Below are positions 37,895-50,330 of a stretch of DNA of 64,000 nucleotides, piece by piece (within the stretch, counting starts at the first letter, position 1; each line of letters begins with the position of its first letter). Both the position numbers and the translations under genes were made by a program. Location: contig JASCQW010000043.1 of the NCBI GenBank assembly GCA_030264375.1, positions 70,274,960-70,338,959 of the forward strand, in the 5' to 3' direction. The notes under the pieces were generated by a model. That model did no database searches. It saw nothing but the letters and a program-made list of their open reading frames with translations, and was not told the origin of the DNA. Source of the DNA: Carcharhinus longimanus (Eukaryota).

Positions 37895-38750
37895 TTGTGA
37901 AACTCTGAAAGGCATTTGAAAAGGTGCCATACAAAAAATTAAAGGTCATGTCTTCATGGAATTGGGGGCAAAAAATATTAGCGCGGATGCAAGGATATCC
38001 TTGGACAGGAAGCAAAGGGTAGGAAAAGTTGGCAAGCTGTAACTAGTGGCGATCAGTGCTGTGGTCTGAACTATGTACAATGTATATTAATGACTTGGAC
38101 AGAGAGACATGGAATAGCGTACCTATATTTACCAATGATACAAAGCTAAATAAGCATGTATGCCAAGAGGCAGACCCAAAGAAATAAAGACAGCTAAAGT
38201 GAGTGGACAACAAGGTGGCAAATAGAGTAACATGGGGAGAAGTGAGGAGGTTATTCACGTAGGTCATATAAAAGCAGAACATTTTTCTTCAAAAAGGTGC
38301 AAAACTTCTGAAACTTCAGAGAGGAACACAAAGTCAGTTTACAGGTACAGAAAACAACTAGAAAGGCAAAAGCGTGCAGGCCTTTGTTGCAAGAGATCAT
38401 GGTACTAAGTAAACATAATGCAAGGCATTTGGCTACACAGCAGACATAAAAGAAATTATTTCCCCTATCTGTAAAACCTAGAACATAGGGACACAGTCTC
38501 AGGACAAGGGTCAGTCATTTGGGACTGACATGTGGAGAAATAACTTCATACAGAATTGTTTAACAGAGGGCCGTGCAAGTTCCGTTATTGAATATATTCA
38601 ACGTTGGGATAGGCATTGATCTCTGAGGAATTGAGGGGCATGTGGAAAAATTGAGTTGAGGCAAAAAATAATCACCACAGTACTGAATGGTGTAACAGGC
38701 TCAAGGGGCCATATGGTCTACTCCCGAGCCTATTTTTTAATGACATATTC
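37895..38750 (+). mobile_element. Decayed CR1-like LINE with internal deletions
   Basis: 'KAFEKVPY', 'YINDLD' and 'FTNDTKL' remnants, and a 3' tail tgaatggtgtaacaggctcaaggggccatatggtctactc. Confidence 0.75.
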
Positions 38751-39465
38751 TTATTCAACCAATGTAGCACCAAGGAAGCCTAGAAAAGCTGAAGTCATCA
38801 GCAATTGGGGAGGTTGGTCATGTTTTGGCATTTTCATTGATCCTGGGGCATACTCCTGAAACTCCGTACCTAACAGCCCTGTAGGAATACCTTCACCACA
38901 TAGATAGCAGTGGTTCAAACAGGCGACCCACCATCTTTTCAAGTTCAACTAATGGAGGGGAATAAACGTTGGCATTTATTAGCACCTGATCATTGTTATG
39001 ATCGCTGGACTTAATTATCTCCTTTAATTCAAGGTAAAATGTAATATTTTGGAGAGCATGATATCACCTTCTACGAAATCTGCCTGAAGACAAACTCATA
39101 TTCGACCTGCTTATGTAGGCGAAAAAGTAAAGTTGAAATTTACTGAAAATAATAGGCAGGTTTTAATACCCGGACAGACGATGAGGAAGCTGATCCTGCC
39201 GCATGCACAGTTAGTCAGACAGATTTGGTGAACACAATCCACAATATGTGCTGCTCTGCCAAACAGAAGTTTTTGGGTTCACCACCAAGCAGAGTGCCGA
39301 CAGGTACAGATTCCCAGTTTGAAGAACCAAGGCTTATAGAGCATTAACCATGGAGCTTTCATTGGGTGCCTTGTCACTGAAATGCCATTCAATTATGCTC
39401 AGATCTTGAGTGAATGGACTTTGTTTAAAAAGGGCTTTGGTAGATTCACCCTGGTGAGATAGGAA

Positions 39466-39772
39466 ATCATAGAATCCCTACAATCCAGATGGAGTCCATT
39501 CAGCACATTGAATTGCACCAACTCTGAACAAGCATCCCACCCAGGGCGTATCCCGTAACACCATGTAAATTATCCTGCTAAATCCCTTAACCTACACCAA
39601 AGGGCAATTTAGCATGACCAATCAACCAAATCTGCACATCTCTGGAGTGTGGGAGAAAACCTACACAGACATGGGGGAAAATGTAATCAACCTCTCATGG
39701 ACAATCACCCAGGGCTGGAATTGAAAATATGTCTCTATAGCACCACGAGGCAACAGTGCTAATCACTGCGAT
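39466..39772 (-). mobile_element. HE1-type V-SINE
   Basis: agggcaatttagcatgaccaatcaacc...ctgcacatctctggagtgtgggag...ggcaacagtgctaatcactgcg, homologous to 527-810. Confidence 0.8.
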
Positions 39773-41649
39773 CCCATTAAAGCCAGGAGCAGCTCAGGAT
39801 TTGGTACGCAAGACTACTACACCCTCATATGCCTGTGAATATATGAAAACAGACATTTTTGCTTTTTAAAAGCAGCACAAAACATGGACAATTTACCTTC
39901 AAATGGATTTGAGAGGTCATGTGTCCTTTGCAGTTTCTGTACATAAAACTGGGCTAACTCACGTTTGTACATTTTCGGAAAATCATTAAAATATAAACGT
40001 TTGGGGGAAATCATTCATTGAAAGAAAAATCAGGTTGCAACAGATCACTTATGAGTTAACAATCACTATTGGCTAGAGGTTTACAGAAACCAAAACACAA
40101 ATACAACAGCCAGTCAGATTTTTATCTGCAAACTTGAAATCCAGAGATGGACGTGAAAGAAACAACCTTATCATATGAAGCTGTGAATGGCCATCATTAA
40201 CTTCCCCATTGCGTGACATTGCCAAACCATCAAATCATTTGTGTGGATGGGACAGAAACTAGCTTGAGATAGGAATGTGACATCAGGTGACAGAAACCAG
40301 CTTGAGATAGCAAATTGATTTTATTCCAAGAAGAGCCCAGAGGAGTCAATCTGAGACCAACACCACAAGAGAAACCACATCACTCAGCAGAAATCTTGCC
40401 TAAAAGCTCACCCACAGACAGACAAATGGGGTTAAATTTGTTTTGTCTGCAGAAATAGATGCAGGGGCTTAACCACAACTTTGACTGGAAAAGCCAGAAA
40501 CCTCCATTTTTCTTTTCCCAAAATTCTTCAGGCCTACAACATTTCAACTACCATCTTGGTAACTGACTATATATATTAAAAAAAAGTCAAAGTCACTTCT
40601 ATTCAGCAACCTAAATGCATGCTACACATTAGAAATAATCTTTCTGCATTACAATTTAAAATTTAAAAGCTTGTTTGTGCCTGTTCTTAAGTCACAGCAC
40701 TAAAGTGCTTAAACACTTCTCCAAAATACATCTTGCGCTCCGTCAAGATGGGAAAATTCTCTCACATCCCCTCCACCTGTAACATTACATTTCTGCTGAC
40801 AGTATGGTGTCATGTATAAATTTGGTGTGGAATTTTTGGCTATGTTAAGAAATTAAGAAGAAAAGCCTTTTCCTTATTACATGCTTACTAAGAAATGTGG
40901 TTGATGTTGCTTTTACTTTGGTTAGTTCCAGCAAAAAAATTTAAAATGTGAAACAGTGCTGTGAGATTCTTTGCATTGGTAATTGGAAAATTCATGTGAT
41001 TTTAAGAGTCAGCCAACCTCCACTGAAATCCCAACAGCATCTGAAACAATAATTTTAAAAATAGCCCACGTACCAGAAAGAGTTGTTGACTGCATTGGAG
41101 GTTGTCATGCTGAACTCCTGCCTCAAAAGATGGAGGAAACATCACAACACTATCGCTACAATAAGGGCTTGCCTGGAGCTGTACCATAGGCACCAATGGT
41201 AAACAATATGTTTTGTATAATCCAATCTCTGATAAATTTTGTATGTGCCAATATTCAATACAATATTACAATGAGCAGAATTTTCACCAACCGCAATACG
41301 AAGTTACACCAGAAGTTTGCTGATGCCAACAGAAGCCTATGTTTTCTGCTAATGTCAGAGCAAAAATAGGCATAGAGAACTATAAATTAAATAGAATCCA
41401 AGGAAACCATAGAACTGCTTTTTTTAAAAAAACATAAAGCATGAAAGTTTTAAAGTCCTCCAAACATTAATGATACACATGGGGTAAAACACATTTCAGA
41501 ACATAGTCACGTCACATATATCAAAATGTATTCAAAGAAGTAGAAATCAATGAAAACTTTCAAAGTAACGTTTTATGATGGTTTTCCGTCACCGATTTCA
41601 AAGTAGCTTATTTGCAGGAAATGAACAGATACAGCTCTTTAGCATTGGG

Positions 41650-43480
41650 GCAGGGGGAGAAAGGAGGAGCCATTAAGAAGTCAGAATGTGTTTGGATTCT
41701 TGCCAACACGGATTGAAAAGTCCCAGCTAAAATTGAAGCACGTGGAATTGAAGGCAAATGATTGGCCAGGTTGGGAAATTGGTTGAGCAGCAAGAGGCTA
41801 ACTAAGGATATTGGGCAGGTGTTGGTAAGATGTGAGTAGTGGTTGCCCCACAAAGATCTATTTGGGCCTCAATTATTCACCTTCTAATAGCCTAGATGTT
41901 TGCATAGAGCCAGATATCAAAATTTGCTAATGACAAAGGCAGCAGTGAAATTTTACATCTCCATTTACAAAGAGATATTAATAGATTACATGAATAGGCA
42001 AGAATGAGGAAAATGGATTTCTATGTACTCAAGAACAAGCTTGGCAACTAAACAGGTAGCAAAATGATGAAAGCAGAAACAGCAGTGGTCCAAAGAGATT
42101 TAAGAATTCACACACAAAAAATTTAAAACGTCACAAACAGCAGAAAATCGTCTCAAAGAATAATGGAATGCAGGGCTTTATGTCTAGAGGGTTAGAATGC
42201 AAGGGCGTTTCAACTGTACCAGGAGTTAGACCATACCAGGAATAATTGTTCAGTCAGGGCTCCACAACTTCAGAGTGTATCTTACCAAAATGAAAACTGA
42301 ACAAGGATCAAATTGTGAGGAAGGATTACACAGTCTAGGGGTGTATTAGCTGAAATTTAGAAAGTTAAGGGATGATTAGATTGAATTTTAAGATATCAAG
42401 AAGAATGGGTAATTTCTTGCCTTTACCCCATATCAGTAGATTGAGCAGTCAAGGACGAGGCAGCATAGTCCAAACATTAATGGCAGATATGGCCTGAAAT
42501 TAGGAAACACTCTTACACAAAAGGGGTGGTAGGTTAGAATTCTTCCACAAACAGCAACTGATGCTCAGCAAATTGTAATTTCTAAATCTGAGATTTTTGT
42601 TAACCAAAAGGTAAAGAAAGAGACAGCTTGCCAATGTTGGTCAACTGTTAATAGGTGGAACATCTTTCTGGATTAATGGTAGCATCTTAGCATTTCAAGC
42701 ACATGAAGCAAGCTGTTTCACATTGTTACCATGCAGTGGTCCTGCAAGTAGTATTTTCCACTAATAGAATGCTGTCATCAGTCCAAAATGTCATTTTGTC
42801 TTCCACACCATTGAACAACATTTTGCTGTAACACCAAATATATGGGCTGTATGTCCCAATGATTGGTTGATCGAAGGAAGCATGTTCCTCCAGCTGTTCA
42901 TAACTGGCAGAACACAAACCATATTCACCAGCCAACACTTGCAAAGCCCAAACTGTCTTATGTTATTTGTGATTAGGCAGCACTTGTGAACAACCCCAAG
43001 TGCACAAACAGCTACACTAGCAACTAGTCTAACATAATCAGTCAAGCTTGTAACATGGTTGATTTATACTTGCTAGGAGTAACATACATTGATATGCAGG
43101 GATCCACTCACTATGCAAGGAATATGTTCATGGTTTACACCTTTTTTGAATTAGCCAGAAGAATGGGGGAAGTCTATAGATTCCTGCTGCTTTCTCCATG
43201 GCAATGATTCAACTAGTGTCAACTTAGCAACCAGTGTACCTTTTTCTCCTGTGCTATAAATTGTGACAATTTGAAATTTGATTTGTCCGAATTAGTGCAA
43301 GATGAAAATTTTTTGCAACATGTCTCTCTTTTCAACAATATTCAAGTTCTGTGCTCCCAAGCAATTGTTAACCAAAGGTATTAAGGAATATGGGGCTATA
43401 ATAGATATTTTAAGTTAGATCAGTCATAACCTTGAAGGACTGAACAGGCTCAAGGCACTTAGTGATCTACTCATGTAACA
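41650..43480 (+). mobile_element. Decayed CR1-like LINE interrupted by a Penelope-like insertion
   Basis: 'SKFANDK', 'LQRDINRL' and 'RKLRDD*IE' remnants up to 42613. The 3' tail resumes at 43365 (aaggtattaaggaatatgggg...aacaggctcaagg). Confidence 0.7.
42614..43364 (+). mobile_element. Penelope-like GIY-YIG endonuclease 3' fragment with flanking direct repeat
   Basis: Degenerate 'KQAVSHCYHAV..VVFSTNRML', 'KYMGC.SQ*L.DR.KHVP', 'IRQHL*.NP.C' and 'LL..TYI..QG'. Flanked by ttgttaaccaaa(a)ggta at 42597-42613 and 43365-43380. Confidence 0.7.
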
Positions 43481-44300
43481 AAGATATAAAGTGCAGTACA
43501 TTACGCTTGAAGCATTCAGCTCAAATAAATTAAACATCTTCAAGTATTCACAACTTCAAGTGATCCTAACAGCAAATGATACATGTTACATTGGATTAGT
43601 TTGGATTAAGAAGAGATCAAAATTAGTCTTGTGGTAAAAATCAGGTGCCGATCTGTCTGCTCAAGATTTTTACAAAAAAGTCATTGGGAGTATGCTCTCC
43701 CATCATGTCAAAAAACAGGAAAACAATAAATATTTGTAAACTCTTCCTACAGGGTGAGGAATTCAGGAATGTGGTTATCTTCTGCATGACTTTGTAAATT
43801 CTTGAAAGAAAATCTCATCTTTCATGGAAGAGGGCAAACATATGCAGACGTATTGCATATTTTATATGATCTGACTACAATAAGCAATTCTAGGTCTTTT
43901 TGTTGCAAATTGTTTAAAAAAAAACAAAATCACTACAAATTTTAGGAAATCATCTTCATATATCTGTCATGAAGTTATCAAACCCAATTGCCATGTTACT
44001 GCTAACTATCCAAATTACCTTCCCAGCTCCCTGCAGTAAATGGACCCATTCGCTCAGGTACTGACCTTCTCCCTGTGAAAAGCCAGCACCATGCCCCCTT
44101 TGTAGGTCTAACAATGGTTCTTACAGGTTAATACCCAGTTAAATTAGAAGGATTTACATGATGTGTGGTTAATAAAATGAACAATTCTAGAGTTGAGGCA
44201 ACGTTATGTTTCAAGAGTTCCTTTAAAAATTTACTTTGGGTCTACTGGCTACACAAGTAAACAAGTGTGATCTGCTGCAAGTTAAACTTAGTAACATGTT

Positions 44301-44731
44301 TCACAACACCAGTTAAAGTCCAACAGGTTTATTTGGTAGCACAAGCCACAAGCTGTGGCTTGTGCTACCAAATAAACCTGCTAGACTTTATGTCCACGGG
44401 AAAAAATGAAGGACAGCTGCACATTATTTAGAACAGTGCTAACTCACTAGGCTTGTCAAAAAGGACTGGATCATGTTCTCTTTCTAATACATTGCAGGTA
44501 TATTGTATCCATTTCTGTAGGAGATGCATGCCAAAACTGCTATCTGTGCGTATTACTTTCTCTGCTCGGTGAACTTGCAATCCATGCTTTCTAGAAGTGG
44601 ACACCCTGAAATCTGCAGGTTTAACAAGCCACATGTGCTACCAAATAAAGCCGTTGGACTTTAACCTGGTGTTGAGACACTTATCACTGTGCTTACCTAG
44701 TCCAACGTCAGCATCTCCACATCATGGCGAA
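44301..44731. mobile_element. Penelope-like terminal-repeat insertion in nested inverted arrangement
   Basis: Three partial copies of the tgtgctaccaaataaacctgttggactttaacctggtgttg terminus: 44301-44350 (-), 44354-44390 (+) and 44634-44725 (+, ending agtccaacgtcagcatctccacatcat). Confidence 0.85.
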
Positions 44732-44958
44732 TTAAATCTGCAAATTTCAGGGTGTCCACTTCTAGATAGCATGTATTGCGAGTTCACTGAGCAGAGAGAG
44801 TAATACGCACAGATAGCAGTTTTGGCATGCATCTCTTACAGAAATGGATAATATACCTGCAACGTATTAGAAAGGGAGCATGATCCAGTCCCTTTTGACG
44901 AGCCTGGTGAGTTAGCATTGTTCTAATTAATGCGCAGCTGTCCTTCATTTTGTCCCGT
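44396..44958. repeat. Inverted repeat: ~230-bp arms (44396-44624 and 44732-44958)
   Basis: Manual alignment gives about 18 substitutions and one 2-nt indel (~91% identity). Confidence 0.95.
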
Positions 44959-45749
44959 TGAATAATTTGTGCATTGAAAAACATTCAGGTACGAGGGCTA
45001 CAGAAAGCCAAATCTAGCAGGACAAAGACTTCAAAATTCTAACTTTGTTAAATAATTTTTAAAAAGTGCGAACACACGATTTCAATGTCACTCAAAACCC
45101 AGTGTTGTCATGAGGAATTTGAAGGGCAATTGTGATTCAATATATAACTAGTGCACAAGAGAATTAATTAAAGCTGAAATTTCATTTAAAAACTACAGAT
45201 TGAATGTCACTAAGCTGCTGCAAGAGAATTTGTGAGGAGTAGAAGATAATTTAAATAAATTGTCACATTTTTCCTCCCAAGAACCTAGTATACTAAATCA
45301 TAATGGGTATCCTTCATGTCAAAAGGAGATGGAATAACCAAATGATTGACCAACTTGATCATTTGATCTCTGGATCAAGATTGTGGCGAGACTGTCTGGC
45401 TGGGTCACTTGCAATTTGATTTTTGCATTTTTCCCCCCTCACACTCTCATCAAGAATTCTTTAAGGAATTGACATACTATTGTGGGAAATTCACCATCAG
45501 ATGGTGCTCACCAAGAAAACATTACATATTTGGTGGTTTCATCTCAAGGATATTTTCCAATAAATATAATCATATTTCAGCTCAATTCATCATTACTGGA
45601 ATCATGTGCATAAATACCAAGCTTTGCAACTTTATTTTTGAACCAAAATATGTCCAATCATTAATTTACACAAGTTAGCACTCACACTTCCCCAAATAAC
45701 TTGGAATCAGATGTATACAAGTGTACTCCATACTTCAGGAGAGGAACTT

Positions 45750-46132
45750 CCCTTTGAGTCAGAAGGTTGGAGCTTCAAGTTCCACTCAAGAGACAACCAC
45801 AGAATCTAAGCTGACACTTAAGTGCAAAACTGAAGGAGCGCAACACTATCTTCCAGGTGAGATATTAGGGCAGATGGCATCTTGATTTCTTATGTGGACA
45901 TACAAGATCCCACTTGGAGAGGAGCACCCCCTCCCTCCCCCCATACCCTGACAGCATAACTTGATCAACATTGCAAAAAATTATCTGTTTGTGGAACCTT
46001 GTTAAGCTGTCATGCTTCCTAAAATATTGACTGCATTTCACAATTACTTAAGTGGCTGTAAAACACTTAACTCAATTTGGGACACCCTGAGGCCATGAAA
46101 AAAAACTATACAAATGAAAGCTCTTTGTTTCT
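45750..46132 (+). mobile_element. DeuSINE (SacSINE1-like), near full length
   Basis: gagtcagaaggttg..ttcaagttccactc head, gtggacatacaagatccca and ctgtttgtggaaccttg core, tggctgtaaaacactt..tttgggacaccctgagg.catgaaa...ctatacaaatgaaag tail. Confidence 0.8.
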
Positions 46133-46261
46133 TAAGTGTTTCTTAAATGAGTAAAATACATAATGAAAGAACGCAGGATAGGATCTAGAATCAGTTGTGA
46201 CACTAACCATCTCACCCGACTGATTTGATTTGTTTGATCAATCCATTATAGAGATACATAT

Positions 46262-46462
46262 TGGACCAGATCCTCCAGCCTCCCCTCAGCATTTTCTCAG
46301 TGCGAGGTCTCATTTGCAGGTGGCAGGATCCTCTGGTTCTGCTGCTGTCAGTGAAAATTCCCAGTGATGTTACCCTACACTGCCATGAAACCCTTGGCGA
46401 AGAGTGCGCTGCTGGTGAAATCAGAGAACCCTGTCGGTGTGAACGGCTGGAGAATTCCGGCC
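46262..46462. mobile_element. ~200-bp MITE, copy 2
   Basis: Collinear with 32955-33160 (ggatc.t.tggt..tgctgctgtcagtg.aa.tt..., gaaac, ...aattccggcc). Confidence 0.7.
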
Positions 46463-48299
46463 ATCACGTTTTGAGGGTTTTACTCCGCTGTAATGTTCTA
46501 TGTTTTCATTACATGGTAGCTCTTTCTCACTTCATTTCGCCCCAAAATAATGGCTTTTATAGTCAGTTATATATTATTTAAGTAACTTCCCAACACGTGA
46601 GGAAGCTTCTAATTGCAAAGCTGAAGAACATAAAAATTAATCACCCACTTCATAGCTACTTTGCAGGCACAAAATGGGATCACTGCTAGAGTCGTCAAGG
46701 GACCTGCCTGAGCTTTTAAAAAGGAGATCTACACATCAAGGTGCCCTTTGAGAGAGGAAGAAAGAATCAGCGAATATTAAAGTGCATCTTAAAACACAAC
46801 AATTGAACACTAGTTCAAGATTCCAATTTGTGTATGCCTAAAGAGTCATTGCTGTAAGACTTAAAATGTATTTGTTCTTCCTTTTACAGATATAAACCTT
46901 ATCTTGAAAGCTGCGCGGTCAAGGCTTGGCAGCACTGAGTACATTGCCCTCATTCACTCTCAAGGCAGATTGTGAACCTATTGACAAGAGGAAGCTCTTG
47001 TATCTGTCTAGCAGCTCTTAGCCCAGCATCTCAAGTACCCTTCATTGTTTATGTTTCTAATGCAGAACACTTGAAACATGCCAGAATGTTTGCATTCATT
47101 TTTAATAGCAAGCTTAAGAGCAAGGCCTATCAAAAGAATGACAAAGCAATTCCATTCATCAGTTCCTGCTACAGGGATGATGGCCTTTTGATTTATTCAC
47201 AAATGACAAGCTTGGCAAACCCCTTACTGAAGTACTTTCCTCCTTTTGAGAATCATTAGAATTAACATGAAGGAATTCTGCTGCATCTTACATGATCAAC
47301 GAGTATATGACATTTTGTATTCTTGCTTCGGTTCTCACTAATTAACAGCTTAGAGCACTGACCCAGAGTTTTTCAGCCAAGCTTAAATTATTTGCTGAAT
47401 ATTCTCAATATGCAACTACTAGACTAAAAAGGAACAGCTAAGAACAGCAACACAACTTTCAAACTGACATTTTACCAGTAATTACGAATACCTCGAGCAT
47501 AATTGCATTTGTATGTTACAAAAAAAAAGAGACCCAGACCTTGCACTCAGCGATAGCATTCACCACCGACCTCAAACTAAATTACCCACAAAAGTTCTGT
47601 GGATGAAGTTTCACAGAACAAAGTGGATTAGTGAAAGACATTCCTGGGACGAGGAATCAGAAACTGTGCTGGAGCAGAGGCTACCGTGTCAAGGTCATAT
47701 TGAACAGACTGTTCTGGAAGCTGGTCTTACGCTCAGTCAACAGAGTGTTTTCACGTTCATCCAGGAACGAGACAGTTTCAAAAACTGAATTCTGTCAGGT
47801 AGGTGTCTCATAATATGTGCGGAATTCTGCACAACAAATATTGAATGATTGAAGGGGCATCTATCACGGTCTTGCTCAAACCATGGAGAACAGGGCTCAG
47901 CAGAGTGCTGGACTCAAGGTTCTAATACACAATGAACGAGCTTGGCTCCTTTTCTAATGGTACGCACTCAGGCGAGAATCCATTAAGCTTAGATACTGCA
48001 GTGCACATGATCTTAGTTGGCAACTGATCTTTCGAGGTATGTCAGAATGGATATATGCTCCAAGAATCAATAGCCACATCTGTTATGGAACCGACAAACC
48101 TTCACCGATGCAGTGCATTGATCATGGCATACAAGGCCCCTTGCATGCAGTCAGGACAGAAGTGTAAGGATGAGATTCTATATTTATTGCAAAGGCCACT
48201 GGTGAGCAACCAACACACTGTTGACTGTAACTCCTAAGACACACTCATTGTGAACACACATTCACATCTGAGTGAAAAGGTCAGCCTCCTGTCATCCTC

Positions 48300-49230
48300 C
48301 AGGTGGCCTTAGTATGCAATGTATCGACCCATAAAAGTCAAAGGCTGGAGATACAGGCTGAGGAACTAGGGTCAGCACCCTGCAGAATACCTACACACTG
48401 ACCAAATCCATCAAGATGTTTGGCATGACCAAGGGTCTACAGAAGGTGCAGCTCATTCAGAGATGAGAGAAAGACAGTGCTGCAGATGCCTTTGTATGTC
48501 TAAGGATGTCATAGTTCTTATTTGTCACATTCTCTAAGAGGAACCCATATTGCATTGACTTGGCAGGCACCCAATGCCTGTTGTTTCCGTATGGAATCTT
48601 TCATCAGTGGATCCTTTCAGAACTTCACCGTGGAGCTGAACAGAATCTCAGTGACACACAAATGCATAAGGGAGGTGACCTATGCCGCATTTGATAAAGT
48701 TCACCGTTATGTGCAGTTCCATATGGATAAAGTGAGCCAGAGTTGCAAGATTCACTGTGATCTCAGCTTCCTGCAGGTGTAAGGCACCACTGACTGCACA
48801 TATATAACCTTAAGAGTTCCCTCGCAGCAGCCTGAGGGATTCATTAACAGAAAAGGGTTGCGCTCTCAACATCCAGTTAATTTGTGATCACAGAAAGAAG
48901 ATCAAACGTTAGTATTCAGTACCCAGGGAGTTCATACAACTCTCACATTTGTCATTCCCATGTGCCAGAGATACTTGAGTGGAGTCTAGCACTGAAAGGA
49001 TTGGTTCCCCAGTGAAAAGGGGTACGTACCCTTTAAAGGCACAGCTAATGAGGTCCTTCTGAGATACAATGCTGCATATTCTGACACAAGGTCCTGAAAA
49101 GGGCTAATGAAAGGTCTCTTAAAGATGCATTTCAGCTGTGTAGACTGATTAGGCAGGTCCCTTCAATACTGACCAGACAGTCTCCTGCATCATTTGTTGT
49201 TTGCTGCACCATGCACACCCTAGTTCTGCA
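48300..49230 (+). pseudogene. Degenerate PIF/Harbinger DDE transposase (HARBI1-like)
   Basis: Motifs in order across frameshifts and stops: SGSFQ...ISVTHKCIREVTYAAF (ORF 48522..48782), FLQV*GTTDCTYITLRVP, FINRKG..LNIQLICDHRKKI, YPGSSYNSHI, W.PSEKGY, RYNAAYSDTR, GLLKMHFSCVD*LGRSLQY*P. Confidence 0.85.
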
Positions 49231-50139
49231 AAAGATTTGGTGGGGTAGGGAGAAAGACATGAAGCAGCTACACATCTCTTCAGACAAGGAGGATGCTGAA
49301 GGGAATAAATTTTAACAGGACAAAGAATCAGATGAGTCATATGGGAATGGTAGGCGTGAAGACAATCTTATAGCTATAAATTTCCTGGAGGAATAAGATG
49401 AAGCCAAATTGTGATTACCACAGTTCTCTATGTTGGCGTTCAATGTTGAATATTACTTTTACCAAAACCTTATGACACTAAAATAAAAGCCATTGGAAAG
49501 TGCACTTCAGTATAAAGACTTCAAATGTTGGACGCAATAAATATTACAACATCCACAAACTAAAGACATCAGTGCGATAGCTTCAGACAATCACTAACCT
49601 AGATGAACAATTCTCAGAGGTCACATAATGATTGCCTGAGATGAAAGGGTCAGATGTATATTGTCCACTCAATGTCATATAGGAAGGGTCCTTGCTCACG
49701 TTGATGTGGAACTAAACGTGATTCATTGTGATGAGATTGAGTGAGAGCTAATGGAACTAAGGAGCAAGATGGGACCTAATTGGGGGGGGGCTGTCTGCTG
49801 TGAACACACATCTGTGAGGTGATCACTAGACAGTGAGCTTGAGCCTACTTCTAAAACACAACTCACCAAGGTACATGTATCTATGCTGGTGAAGTGTGCA
49901 GGTGAATGCAGTGGTGGGTCTTTAAATTGGATGGTTTGTTTGCTTCATCATTGAAGGTTTCTAGAGCTAAGGTGCTTGCTCAAGCTCTTTCTTCACCTTT
50001 TCTTGTTGGTAGCTAGAGTGTCTTTAAGGGGTACATACCCTTTCTTGTTAATGGTGAGATATTCCTGTGGACTGGAACACTTATATTGCCTGGTGCCCTG
50101 ATGACAGAGGGAGTCTGGAAGGAGAAGGTTAACTTCAAG

Positions 50140-50330
50140 GTGAAATTCTTCAGATCATTCACGCGTTTCCTGCACTGCATCCTTCTTTGTGTGCCACCCC
50201 TGGTACACCTCCTACCCCCATCCCAAGGAAGAGAAGGCCCCCACCTTTCCTGAATTGCCAGGGGGGAAAATCCCCAAGGAGGCCTTGTTGAACCATGGTG
50301 GAGGGGGTCTGATTTGCTTTGGTGCCATTG
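50140..50330 (-). pseudogene. Degenerate Myb/SANT-like DNA-binding protein of a Harbinger transposon
   Basis: MAPKQIRPPPPWFNKASLGIF (ORF 50212..50394), then after a frameshift AIQERWGPSLPWDGGRR...RRMQCRKRVNDLK (ORF 50013..50351). QCRKRxNDL is the typical third helix of trihelix Myb/SANT-like domains. Confidence 0.7.

Noticed and set aside
40251-40310. 22-bp direct repeat (gacagaaac.agcttgagatag) with a 16-bp spacer, superficially CRISPR-like
   Set aside because: There are only two copies, in a vertebrate intron with no cas genes. It is a simple local duplication.
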